Below the pieces are notes generated by a model, which saw only the letters and a list, made by a program, of their open reading frames with translations, did no database searches and had not been told where the DNA came from. Shown here one piece after another: positions 27,975 through 41,135 of a stretch of DNA of 64,000 nt. The stretch is from the human T2T-CHM13v2.0 reference genome, Homo sapiens. The stretch lies in NCBI RefSeq assembly GCF_009914755.1, contig NC_060941.1, one strand, 5' to 3'. The translations under genes and the position numbers were made by a program. Position 1 is the stretch's first letter; each line of letters starts with the position of its first letter.

Positions 27975-30900
27975 ACCATGCAAATACATGGAAATTAAAT
28001 AACCTGCTCCTTTTGGGTCAAAAACGAAAGCAAGATGGAAATGAAAACATTCTTTGAACTGAACAAAAATAATGACACAACCTACCAAAACCTCTGGAAT
28101 ACAGCAAAGGCGGTACTAAGAGGAAAGTTCATAGCCCTAAATGCCTACATTGAAAAGGCTGAAAGAGCTCAAACTGACATTCTAAGGTCACATCTCAAAA
28201 AACTAGAGAAACAAGAACAAACCAAACCCAAACCCAACAGAAAAAAGGAATAACCAAGATCACAGCAGAACTAAATAACATAGAAACAAACAGACAAAAA
28301 ATACAAAAGATAAATGAAACAAAAAGCTGGTTCTTTGAAAAAATAAATAAAATTGACAGACTATTAGCAAGATTAAGCAAGAAAAGAAGAGAGAAAATCC
28401 AAATAACCTCACTAAGAAACAAAACAGTACATATTACAACTGACACCACTGAAATACAAAAGATCATTCAAGGCTACTATGAACACCTTTATGCACATAA
28501 ACTAGAAAACCTAGATGAGATGAATAAGTTCCTGGAAAAATACAACCTTTCCTGCTTAAATCAGGAAGAATTAGATACCCTGAACAGACTAATAACAAGC
28601 AGAGAGATTGAAATGGTAATTTAAAAATTACCAACAAAAAGTCCAAGACCACACGGATTCACAGCAAAATTCTAAGAATTCTAAGACATTCAAAGGAGAG
28701 TTGGTACCAATCCTTCTGACACTATTCTACAAGACAGAGAAAGAAGGAAATCTCCATAATTCATTCTATGAAGCCAGCATCACCCTAATACCCAAACCAG
28801 GAAAGGACATAACCAAAAAAGAAAACTACGGACTGATATCCTTGATGAACACATATGTTAAAATCCTTAACAAAATACTAGCTAACTGAATCCAACAACA
28901 TATCAAAAAAATAATCCACCATGATCAAGTGGGTTTCATACCAGGGATGGAGGGATGGTTTAAAATATGCAAGCCAATAAATGTGATACACCACATATGT
29001 ATAATTAAAAACAAAGACTACATGATCATCTTAATAGATGCAGAAAAAGCATTTGACAAAATCCAGCACTCCATTATGATTAAAACTCTCAACAAAATTG
29101 GCATGCAAGGGACATAATGTAATAAAAGTCATCCATGACAAACCCACAGCTAACATAATACAGAATGGCAAAAAGTTGAAAGGATTTCCTCTGAGAACTG
29201 GAACAAGACAAGGATGCCCACTCTCACCACTCCTCTTCAACATAGCACTGGGAGTCCTAGCCAGAGCAATCAGACAAGAGAAAAAATAAAGGGCATCCAA
29301 ACTGGTAAAGAGGAAGTCAAACTGTCACTGTTTGCTGATGATATGATTATATACCTAGAAAACCCTAAAGACTCCTCCAAAAAGCTCTTAGAACTGACAA
29401 ATTCAGCAAATTTCCAGATACAAAATTAATATACACAAATCAGTAGCTGTCCTATACACCAATAACAACCAAGCTGAGAATCAAATCAAGAACTCAACCC
29501 CTTTTACAATAGCTATAAAAAAACAAAAATACTTAGGAATATACCTAACAAAGGAGGTGAAAGACCTCTACAAGGAAAACTACAAAACACTGCTGAAAGA
29601 AATCACAGATGACCTAAACAAATGAAAACATATCCCATGCTCACGGGTGGGTAGAATATTGTGAAAATGACCATACTGCCAAAAGCAATCCACAAATTCA
29701 ATGCAATTACCATCAAAGTACCACCATCATTCTTTACAGAACTAGAAAAAACAATTCCCAAATTCATAGGGAAGCAAAGAAGAGCCCACATAGCCAAAGC
29801 AACACTAAGCAAAAAAGAACAAATATGGAGGCAGGTACCACATTACCTGATTTCAGACTATACTATAAGGCAACAGTCAACAAAACAACATGGTACTGAT
29901 ATAAAAATAGGCACATAGACCAATGGAACAGAATAGAGAACCCAGAAATAAACCCAAATACTTAAAGCCAAATGATCTTTGGCAAAGCAAACAAAAACAA
30001 AGTAAAGAAAGAACACCCTATTCAACAAATGGTGCTGAGATATTTGGCAAGCCACATGTAAGAGAATGAAACTGGATCCTCATCTCTCACCTTATACAAA
30101 AATCAACTCAAGATGGATTAAGGACTTAAATCTAAGACCTGAAACTGTAAAAATTCCAGAAGATAACATCAGAGAAATCCTTGTAGATGTTGGCTTAGGC
30201 AGGGATTTCTTGACCAAGAACCCAAAAGCAAAGGCAAGAAAAGAAAAAAACAATGATAAATAGCTGAGACTTAATTAAACTAAAAAGCTTTTGAATGGCA
30301 AAGGGAAGAGTTAGCAGAGCAGACAACCTACAGAGTGGGAGAAAATTTTCACAGTCTATACATTTGACAAAAGAACAATATCCAGAATCTACCACGAACT
30401 TCAACAAATTAGCAAGAAAAAAACAAATAATCCCATCACAAAGTTGGCTATGGACATGAGTAGACAATTCTCAAAAGAAGATACACAAATGGCCGACAAA
30501 CATGAAAAAATACTTAACATGACTAATGATCAGGGAAATGCAAATCAAAACCACAATGCAATACCACCTTACTCCTGCAAGAATGGCCATAATCAAAAAA
30601 TGAAAAAAAAGTAGATATCGGCATGGATGTGCTGAACAGGGAACACTTCTACACTGCTGGTGGGAATGTAAACTACTACAACCACTATGGAAAACTGTGG
30701 AGATTCCTTAAAGAACTAAAAATAGAACTACCATTTGCTCTAGCAATTTCACTACTGGATATCTACCCAGAGGAAAAAAAGTCATTATATGAAAAAGATA
30801 CTTGCACATGCATGTTTATAGCAGCACAATTAGCAACTGGAGAAATGTGGAACCAACCCAAATGCCCATCAATCAATGAGTGGATAAAGAAACTGTGATA

Positions 30901-31300
30901 CAAATATGTATATGATGGAATACTACTTATGATGGAATACTACTTAGCCATAAAAAGGAATGAATTAATGGTATTCATAGCAACCTGGATGAGATTGGAG
31001 ACTATTATTCTAAGTGAAGTAACTCAGGAATGGAAAACCAAACATCATATATTCTCACTCATCAGTGGGAGCTAAGCTATGAGGATGCAAAGGCATAGGA
31101 ATGACTCAGTGGACTTTGAGGACTTGGGGAAAGGGTGGGAAGGGGGCGAGGGATAAAAGACTACAAATAGGGTGCAGTGTACACTGCTCGGGTAATGGGT
31201 GCACCAAAATCTCACAAATCACCACTAAAGAACTTACTCATGTAAGCAAACACCACCTGTTCCCCAATAACTTGTGGAAATAAAAAAATTTAAAAAAATG
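27975..31300 (+). mobile_element. 5'-truncated L1PB1-type LINE-1 (~3.3 kb)
   Basis: Collinear ORF2 remnants (RT '[21 protein letters not shown]', '[18 protein letters not shown]'). L1PB 3' UTR 'gggtgcaccaaaatctcacaaatcaccactaaagaacttactcatgtaa...ccccaataacttgtggaaataaaaaa'. Confidence 0.93.
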
Positions 31301-31544
31301 TAGAAAAGATTTTAAAAAAGGATGAGGAAATATTTACTTAATAATCCATTCAACAAATATTTATTCAGAATATTCTATGTGCCAGATAAAAGCAGAAAAT
31401 AAAAAAAAGACAGAAAAACTGCAGATCTGACTACCAAATCTGATATTTTGTTCTATGGAAAAAAGTAACAGCAATAAATAACAACTCAAAATAGATAAAC
31501 TATTCACCAAGGCGATTAAGAGAGGGGTACAGTAAAAATACATG

Positions 31545-31980
31545 AAAATTAAAATTCAAGGGAAAAACAAAATTTGAGGGAATTTGTCATCAGCAGACTT
31601 GCCATGCAAAAAATGTGAAAATAAGTTCATCAGAAGAAGGTAAATAATATAGGTCAGAAACTCAGGTCTATATAAGAAAGGAAGAATGTTATAGAAAGAA
31701 TAAATGGTAAAATAAAATCTTCTCTGCTTCTTATTCTTCAATACTCTAATAGATAAGTTTGTTCAAAATAATAATGTATCTTGTGACTATAATTTATGGG
31801 TGGGTGAAATGAATAATAGTAATGTCATAAGGGAAATGAGGGAAGAATTGGGAATATTTTAAGAAACTTGCACTACCTGTGAAGTTGTATAGTTGTATTT
31901 GAAATTGAACTTGGATTAGTTGTAAATGTATTTTGCAAACCCCAGGGCAACCACTAAGTTAAAAAAGAAAAAGAAGAAGT
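31545..31980 (+). mobile_element. L1M (L1MC/MD-like) ORF1-end and inter-ORF fragment
   Basis: 'tgagggaatttgtcatcagcagacttgcc', 'gcaaaccccagggcaaccactaa'. Confidence 0.7.
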
Positions 31981-31989
31981 CTGGTTAAG

Positions 31990-32180
31990 AGACAGAAATC
32001 GAGTTGGGTTTTAGACACAAACTTTGAGAAACTTATTAAATATGCAAGTATAGTTGGTGGGGAAGATGAAGAGAAATAAGGTAAGAAAATGAAATGAAGC
32101 AGTCAGTAAGATAGGAGAAAAACCAAGAGAGGATGGTTTCCAGAATGCCCATGAAGAAAGATCCTCATAAAAGGAGGTTA
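31990..32180 (-). mobile_element. L2 fragment
   Basis: 'gcagtcagtaagataggagaaaaaccaagagaggatggtttccagaatgcc'. Confidence 0.5.
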
Positions 32181-32505
32181 AAAAGTACATTTAAAAGTAT
32201 ATTATTAGATGTTGAGTACCTATAAAACAGAATTTAAACAGTGGTTGTTTTGGTGTGGTGGTTTTTGTGGGTGATTTAATTTTTTTTCCATTCTGTTTCT
32301 ACCTTTTAAAACTGTCATGCAGTAAATATGCAACACTGTTGTAATAAGAAATAAAATAAAAATCATTTTTAAAGTATTGGGTCCTTTACTCCTACCTAAG
32401 AATAAACATTCTTTATTTTTACCTTTCTACTAGTGTCAGGTTCTAAGTACAATACTTAGAGATACACATATTATAGGGAAATCTGTTGGTAAAAATGTCC
32501 TAGGG

Positions 32506-32786
32506 CACACTGTTCAATAGAGATACAATAGGAGATGCATATATAATTTTAAATTTTCTAGTATGCACATTGAAAAAAATGTGAAATTAATATTTTATTA
32601 ACTTAGTATATCCAATGTATTATAGTTTCAAAAATATAACCAATATAAAAATATTAATGAGCTATTTCACCTTTTTTTGGATATCTTTGAAATCCTGTGT
32701 GTACTTCACACTTATAGCACATCTCAATTCATATTTAAGTGCTTGACAGTTACATGTGGCTAGTATCTACCATATTGGACAGTGTG
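32506..32786 (+). mobile_element. MER33-like hAT-Charlie MITE
   Basis: TIRs cacactgttcaat / attggacagtgtg. CTAG-containing 8-bp target sites (tcctaggg / ttctagat). Strand assignment is nominal. Confidence 0.85.
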
Positions 32787-32792
32787 TTCTAG

Positions 32793-33530
32793 ATCCTTGT
32801 TCTTCAAAATATGGTTCACAGATCAGCTGCATTGGCTTCACCCAGAAAAAAATAAATGCAGAATCTTAATCCTTATCCTGGAGCTACTATATCAGAATCT
32901 CTGTTTCTTTTTTTTTTTTTTTTAACTTTTAAGTTCAGCGGTACAAGTACAGGTGGTTTGTTACCTAGGTAAATTTGTGTCATGGCGGTTTGTTCTACAG
33001 ATTATTTCATCACCCAGGTATTAAGCCTAGTATCCATTAGTTATTTTTCCTGATTCCTTTCCCTTCTCCCATGCTCCACCCTCTGAAAGGCCCCAGTGTG
33101 TGTTGTTCCCCTGTAAGTGTCCATGTGTTCTCACCTTTTAGCTTCCACTTATAAGTGAGAACATGTGGTATTTGGTTTTCTGTTCTTGTGTTAGTTTGCC
33201 AAAGATAATGGCCTCAAAGGAATATAAATTATTCTACTATAAAGGCACATGCATGAGTATGTTCATTGCAGCACTATTCATGATAGCCAAGACATGAAAT
33301 CAACCTAAATGTCCATCAGTGAGAGACTGGATAAAGAAAATGTGGTACCTATAACCATAGAATACTATGCAGCTGTAAAAAAGAATGAGATCATGTCCTT
33401 TACAGGGACATGGATGGAGTTGGAGGCCATTATCCTTAGCAAACTAACACAGGAACAGAATCTGTTTCTAACAAGCACTCAAATGATACTGTTGCAGCTC
33501 GCTTCACAGACCACACTTTGAGTAGCAAGA
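32793..33530. mobile_element. MER5-family (MER5B-like) hAT MITE split by an L1 insertion
   Basis: 'ttcttcaaaatatggttcacagatcagctgcatt...aaatgcagaatc...atcagaatctctgttt' resumes after the L1 as 'ttctaacaagcactc...gaccacactttgagtagc'. Confidence 0.75.
32908..33459 (-). mobile_element. Short 5'-inverted (twin-primed) older L1PA insertion
   Basis: Poly(T) plus antisense 3' UTR at 32908-33215, then a sense segment at 33216-33459. TSD cagaatc(tc)tgtttct at 32893-32908 and 33456-33469. Confidence 0.9.
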
Positions 33531-33629
33531 CTAATTATATCCAGCCCAATCATTTTCTAGAAGCTCTTCAGCAGTTCCTTAACCTGTTTTCTGCTGTAAT
33601 CCTCTCTTCATGTCCATCATTCCTCCAAA

Positions 33630-33820
33630 AAGCAATTATTATGTGCTGGTTACTGTGTGCTAATGCTTTACAAGTTCTATCATCCACATTTTACAGAAGA
33701 GAAAACAGAAGCACTAATAGATTATGTAACTTGCTCAATATCACCCAGCTAGTAATTAGTGGAGTTGGGATTTGAAACCAACTAGCCTGCTTCCAGAATC
33801 CAGTGTCTTAACCAACCATT
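33630..33820 (-). mobile_element. MIR SINE
   Basis: 'cattttacagaagagaaaacagaagc...gtaacttgctcaatatcacccagctagtaa...gggatttgaaacc'. Confidence 0.75.
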
Positions 33821-35139
33821 ATTTGTTTATATATCTGTCTCTTCTACTTAAGATACATCTAGCTCTTCAAAGATATATAGCTTATACATCTTTTTTCTAC
33901 AACTATTTAATACAGTAAATGTTTTTGTAAAGAAGGGAGGGAGGGATGGCTTCATTTGTGTTTTCCTGCTAGGACTGCCCTTCCAGGTCCAATTGCCCCA
34001 GAATTTCCAGTACTCAAGATCCCTGTTTTATAGGTGCTAGTAGACATATTATTGTGTGGAAGCCATGGTCAGAACACCTGCCAGGTGCTATCACTGTGTC
34101 TATCATTTCACATTAATATTAAGAAAACATTTATGAAATTCTATAATATCCAAACAGAATTTTTGCTAAAATGTTTTCCTAATTAAAAAAAAAATTAGTA
34201 TAAATGATAACCTAACAGGTCTGAGTTTTACAAGTAGAAGTTGTGCTAATCAGTGAAATGCCCATAAAGGAAGTAGGAGAGGAGACAGTACAAAACTGAG
34301 ATAATTCTAAGTCCAAACAACCACTTTCTTGATATCTAGGTGGTAAATTTTATTGTACATCAATTAGTGATCCTCTTTTCAGATTCTCTTTTCATTCTAA
34401 TCAATCTAATTCCATTTACATTTGCTCAGTTAACATGACTGCTTTTTGGAAAGGGTCCAATTCTTCTTCCTTTGGAAATTTCAACTCTCTATTTCTCATT
34501 TGACTGCAATAAAGTGGCTGGGATGTTCTTGAGAGTTATGGGTAGGGAAGTTCTTTGTACCCTTAGGTGGATGCACGCTTTGGCTGTCAACACCTAGTTG
34601 CTTTTCGTAGGAGGTGCTGCCAGGTCAGAAAAACCACTTGTATCATAGATGGCCCCAGTCTTTGCCTCAAATAAAACAGATACCAGAAACAGGGAGAAGA
34701 ATCTGCCCTTTTCTGAGAGGTACAAAGACGACCATGGTGTGCATATACCCTCACCACTTAAGGGCTGTGTGCCCTCGGGCAAGTTACTCAGGCTCTCTGA
34801 ACGTTATGTTTTTAACTGTGTCAACGTGAACTAGATAAACACTATGAATCTCAGGTTCCATCTGTAATTTGGCATTTTGACTTATCACCTAGGGTTTCTG
34901 ACAGCAATGAGAAAAATGATGGAAAATGTAGTGCAGAGTCCAGCACCTGACAAATAATAATCCATTAGCATTTTCCTTCAATATATTTCCTACTGAACTA
35001 CAGGAATTTTGAGGCCTCAACTTGATATTATCCCTATTTTAAACTTTCTAATGGCCAGCTGCAAACACATCCATGTCAACTCCCTCCAAAATGTTATTTG
35101 TCCTTTAGATCTATTTCAGATGTATTTCTTGCTGAATAA

Positions 35140-35281
35140 TCTTTGTATGCAATGACCCCTGTATTTACTTACAACTACATCATCAACATCCTAGGACAGG
35201 GTCTAGGTTAGTTTCATTTCCCTTCTTGGGCATTTACTACAATGCCAGGAATAAACAGGTGCTTAATAAATGCCTTTTGTT
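35140..35281 (+). mobile_element. L2 3' terminus (target of the Alu)
   Basis: 'caatgccaggaataaacaggtgcttaataaatgc'. Confidence 0.55.
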
Positions 35282-35282
35282 A

Positions 35283-35573
<291 letters not shown>

Positions 35574-35729
35574 AAATAAATGCCTTTTGTTGATGCTAGG
35601 CATTCCTAAAGTCTTTGGAAAACTTTCCATAACCACCCCTCCTCTGCCCACTCCAGCTCTGCCCTCTCACCTATCTCTGCGGCCCTCCATCACAGACCTT
35701 ATTCACTTAACTGCAAATTGGGCACTGTT

Positions 35730-35960
35730 CCTTTGTTTTTATTACAAAACATTTCTAACATACCGAGAAGTAAAACATCCGTGATTTACTCTACCACTCA
35801 ATTTTTCATGAATGTTGACATTCGTTATATTATTTTGGTTCTGGTTTTTAAAGATCTATAAATGTTTCTGATATAGCTGTGAACCTTCCAATCCTATTCT
35901 CTTCCTCCCTCCTTGGAGGCAACCACTGTCCTGTTGTGTCCATAAGTTTCATTTTTGCTT
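35730..35960 (-). mobile_element. L1ME-type 3' end fragment
   Basis: 'tttttattacaaaacatttctaacatacc...aatgttgacatt...cttggaggcaaccactgtcctg'. Confidence 0.55.
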
Positions 35961-36129
35961 TACTATAAAAAAAAGGAGTTACAATACCCCTCTTAAAGGG
36001 TTATGAGGCTTAAGCAAAATTTATACTGTGACTGACAAAGAGTTAAAACAATAGTAGTCTCTGTCATCCTCATCATCACCATCATTGTTATCCTCACTCT
36101 TGACCTTATTATTTTTCTCTGCATATTCA

Positions 36130-36255
36130 TATGTCTCCTCCAGTAGGTCTTTGCTTTTCTGAGATCTGGAACTATTTATTTTCTCTATATGCCTATAGCT
36201 TAGCCCAGTTCCTGATATATAGGAAGTACACAAAACTTGTAAAGTAAATACATGC
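36130..36255 (+). mobile_element. L2 3' terminus
   Basis: 'tttctgagatctggaactatttattttctctatatgcctatagcttagcccagttcctgatatatagg'. Confidence 0.5.
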
Positions 36256-37569
36256 TGTAAAGGCTGGACTGATTACCTTCCATTCTCTGATTTCAGGCAT
36301 AATCTTAAAGCACATTAGGCATAGTTCTTCACCAGTTCTCTAAAATAGTAACTTGACCAGAATATGCAGGCTAATATCCATTCACCCTCAAAAATCCAGA
36401 GTAATGACAATCTCTTTATTCTTTCAAGGGGCCCTGATCACCTGATTGTTAGTATCACATATTCATCTCCAATACCTGACACCAGAAAAACAAAAACAAC
36501 CAGGACAAAACTAAGGTTCCCAAAGTCCAGAGGCTGAACTAAAAGATAATGGATAGATGAGCACTCAGTCTTCTGGCATCCTCAATACCCTCTCAGCCTT
36601 TTAGATTGTTATAACCCAACTTGCTGTTTCCTTTTCAATTATCAAGATTTACAGAATAAAAAAAGGTGAACTTGTCTTTAAAAATTATTCGCGATAAAAT
36701 TCGATTTTGTTTACTTGATGCTAAATACTGATAGGCAAGGAAGTGGCAGGCAATCTTACTCGGTTTCCCCCATACACTAATTAAACATTTTATGCAGATA
36801 TCAGCATAATTAAAGAATTAGGAAACAATAAGAAGTGCTTGGGATAATTTGTAATATCAGTGCACTGATGCATTGGGTCCAGATACCAGGATTTGATTGG
36901 CAGGACTTTATTAAGTTTTGGCAGCACTTAGGTAGTCTGGGAGCTTTTTTATGAGGCTCGTGCACATTAATCCAAGCTCCTGTTGTCGTTAATACTGATG
37001 AGTGAAGGCAGTTAATTGAATTATGTATGAAGCACTGCTGATTAAATAATATTTCACTCCCCACTACAGAATTCGCTCTGCTGGATTAACATCTACTGTT
37101 GTCTCTGACACTGAATGTTATACGGACCTCTTCTGAAGCATACACTTTGATTCTTTCCTATCTGTTCAACTGATGCAGCATCTCAGTTGCCACTGGAACC
37201 AACTATCCTTCAGCTCTGACATGAGGTCACTTTGGAGAACTGATATAGTTATTTATTAGCATCCGTGTAACCATGAACAGAAATCCTCCCCAGTGCCTCA
37301 GGTGTTCTAAGGGCATTATTATTTAAATTCACGGTGGAATGTGAAGAAAAATTCTAATTATTTATCATTGTATTCTGCTTAAGGTGATAGGAAGAGAAAA
37401 TAACTCAAGGTCTTCCAAATCAGCCTTAAAAATAAGTATTATTTTGAGCTGCATATGTGATTTTGCCTAAATTTATACACCTCCTCTTCTCATGTAATCT
37501 GGAGTTGAGGAAACAGAAGTCTCTCCCAGTGGAAGATGCACTCAAGTTTCTTTTTCTCTCTCTTCTACC

Positions 37570-37900
37570 TCCCTCCTTCCTTTGTTCTTTTATTGATAAA
37601 TTACTTTTATTGATAAATTACTCTCTTCTTTTATTGATAAATTACTAAGTGCCAGATGCTGTGATGGGTGCTGGCATGCAGAGATAAGGAACCAGTAGTT
37701 ACTCTTTTAGAGTAGTTCACATCTTAAAGGCAATAAAATAGGTACATATTTAATATCATGTGGCATATAATATATGGCACGTAACAGAGATACACATGGG
37801 CAGAAGGGAGAATGACTAACTCTACTTGGAGAAATGGGAAAAACTTTGAAACTGGAGGCAACAAATGGTGAATCTTAAAGAGTGAATAGATATTGTCCAG
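37570..37900 (-). mobile_element. L2 fragment with a local 17-bp triplication
   Basis: 'aagtgccagatgctgtgatgggtgctgg...tagttcacatct'. ttattgataaattact appears three times at ~37590-37646. Confidence 0.55.
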
Positions 37901-39739
37901 GTTCCGACTCCATCAGAAAGAAAAAGGGCACAGAGTGTATTCAATTGCATGTAGCCCCATGGTCCATTGAGGTACAAGAGTAGGGATTAGATTGATACAT
38001 AATCCAAGAGTTTTTTTCCCCCTATGACTTGGATTATTTGTTGAATTGTTTCCTTAGACTTCCAAGGATAATGATGTATTAAGACCCTACATGGTATAAT
38101 GAAAGGAACATAGATCTGGCAAGAGACCAAATTTGCACGTGACCTTAGTCAAATCACGTTTCTTTTCTAGGCTTTAATTTTTTCAACTCTAATATAAGGA
38201 GTTTTGGGCAGGACACATCCGACTGAAGGTTTGCAGAAGTCCTGAGAGACAGTATGAAATGAGATTGGTCTGTCTTTAGGAGAGGTAGGCTGGAAGGCTA
38301 CCTTGGTGAATTTACTATAGTTCAGTATCTGGTTTCTAATTTTGGAAGTCCAGAAACTTCTCATCAATGCTACAGAGATCTGGACTTGAGTATCTGATCT
38401 ACACAGACTAAATTTAGAATAAACTATATACATATAGACCAATTTATTGATTTATAGTAAATACTCTTGTCAGCTTGCCCTAAAATTTATTAAAAATTAT
38501 AGGGAAATCTACATTTTAATCAAAAGTTACTCAAGTATGGACTTCCAGCAAAAAGAATTGAATGATTTAAATATTTTATGATATTAGACCCTAAAACACC
38601 TACCTCATTATATCCATATCCATGGTAGAGTTTTGTCTGTCAAGGAGAATGGCTTTAATAAGATGGGCCAGAAACCCTTTTCTAAAAACAGTGTTAAAGA
38701 ATCACCTCTCAGACTTTATTTTCTTCTAGACTTTTACTACTCACCAATTTTCCTTTTCTATAGGTCTTTTTTTCTTTCCTATAGTTTACTACAAAAGATG
38801 CGTGAATGGAATTGAATGTGATGGCAACCCAGAGATCAACAAATAGGCGTAGCCATATAAGAAGAAAGAGAATAAAACTGATAAAATATCAAGATTATGG
38901 TTGATACACAAAGTTATCACAGAGGAGTAAAACCATGTAATATGATTTATTGCTCACATCTCAAGTTATAAAATATTTGGTACAAACAAAACAACCAAGA
39001 GAAATAAAATAAAACCCAACACCCAGCATTTGGATTATTAGAAAAATGTCATTCTTTAATTAAAATTGTTAATTGCTTTTATGTTGTGCTTCACGTACTA
39101 CAAATAAGTTAAAAAAATAGGGAATAAGATGCTTGAAACACAAATGCTGAATTTTATTTATATGGGGTAGCATTTTTTAAAAAAATATGCAAACAATGAT
39201 TTAACTAAATAATTGAAATTTGGTCATTAGGAGAAGACATCATTCAACCATTGAGAAAATTTTAAAAACCTCATCAGGCCACTTTAACATTTTCCTGAAA
39301 GTTATATTAAATCCTTACATTTGGTGACATTCCCTAAATAAGGGGAATTGGGTCTAACAAAAAGAGGATGTAAACAGAGAAAAGTATAGCCAAGGTTAAT
39401 TCCAAAATTTCTGTAATATCTGAGAAAGTTATGTGTTCTTTGTGCAAAGGTTCTCTGACTATCCAGGCCTAAGGATGACTCAACTGAGATGGTTGGATTT
39501 TCAGAACTGAATTCCTGTGTTATTCTTGCTTTCAAACTTTTCCAGTGGCTGACTTTTAGCAGTGGAACCTAACTGGGCCAGCTTTTGTGTCTCCTCACAT
39601 ATTACATTTCTTCTTCCCCAAGGAGCTGTCATTTTTCTCCTTCTTGAAATAAATTCATCTAAAGAGAATTTCTCTCAATCAACTTCCCATCATTCTCTCT
39701 GGAGTCTTCAGAACTCACTATTATACTGTCAAAAGCCTG

Positions 39740-40460
39740 CCATCCATGCATTCACTCAAACACAACTATTGAAAGCTTAATGATAATAGTAGTTACTACT
39801 TAACTGAACTCCTCAGATATGCCTTGTCACCTGTACTGTGGGTTCAGTAATAAATAAAGCATTTTTGTCCTTGAGGAGCTCCCAGTAAACCAAGAGAGGC
39901 AAATATGTAAGTAGTTATTCATGTCAGAGGAAGAGCACCAATGAGGAAGCAGCTCATTCAAATGGTGACCCTCCCACATTCCCTATTCATGGTGTCATCA
40001 TCCATCCTGTCCTCCACACTTCACAATCATACCCCTCTCCTCTTTCACCTTTTTATATTAAATGGTGTTTTCTCCTTCAGAAATAGCTCATATCTCTTCT
40101 GTCAATGAACTAGGTCCTCCACATCTCTAGCCTAGACAATTACAATCACCTCTTTGCCACTAGTATCTTCCTTCCTTAAATTATTATTATTTTTAAGCGG
40201 TGCTGGTTCAAAAATTTCCATTTGGTCTGACTTATTCACAAAAACAAGTTCAATCTCCTCGACATGGCCCATGGTTTAAATCTTCCCAGTGTGGCCCTCT
40301 TATATTTCTCCAGCCTAATTTCCTATCTCATATTTCAGGATACACAAAACTTTCCTTAATTCCCTAAACATGCCCTCTTCTTTAAATTATCTGTAGCTCA
40401 CAGCATGTACTTTTCTCTACTTGGTAAGAATTTCTTCCTGACTCCATCTTCTTCATAAAA
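39740..40460. mobile_element. Cluster of L2 fragments (- strand ~39740-39960, + strand ~39970-40460)
   Basis: 'catgcattcactcaaacacaactattga...gtccttgaggagctcccagt' and 'cacatctctagcctagacaattacaatcacctc...caatctcctcgacatggccc'. Confidence 0.55.
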
Positions 40461-40829
40461 ATGCTTATTCAGTTGATCAGAAATCATGCCCACTTGGCCT
40501 TTTTGACACCCACCTTGTAAAGGGCTAACAGATGGCTACACCCAACCACAGCAGGGTACCCCAAATGAGAGCAAAAACTTACCTTGTAAATAACAGCTGA
40601 GGACCCCACTCCAGCCAAACACAAAACAATCACAGGTGATAAAAACGTCACCAAGAGAACTTCTGTAATATGCACAACAATTTCCCCCAGATCTAAAGAT
40701 GTTAATAAATTTCTGAAAATATCTAACTTTCTCACAGCCAACAGATGTAGGCTAGGGGTTCAGAGCTTCTAGGTGACAGATATTAGATTGTACCTTAAGC
40801 TTCATGACTTTCAATCCCTCTGTCTGGTT

Positions 40830-41135
40830 GGTACCTGCTCAGCCTTTAAGTTTTGGCTTATGTTCAATGTCCTCAAGAGATCTTTCTAGATGTTCAATCC
40901 AGATTGATCCCCGCTATCATCTTTCTCATAGAATCTGGTTCTTTTCCTTCATAGTACTTACGCTAATTTACCATTGTAGATCTATTATTTGTTGGCTATA
41001 TTTTTCTGCACTTGTTCATAAGCTTTGTAATGAGTCATTCATCCATCCATACCTAGTGCTGTTTTGTTCATCCATGCATACCTAGCACTATCCTGGCACA
41101 GAGTAAGTCTCAATAAGTATGTGTAGAATAAATAT
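40830..41135 (+). mobile_element. L2 3' end
   Basis: 'cctagcactatcctggcacagagtaagtctcaataagtatgtgtagaataaat'. Confidence 0.65.
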
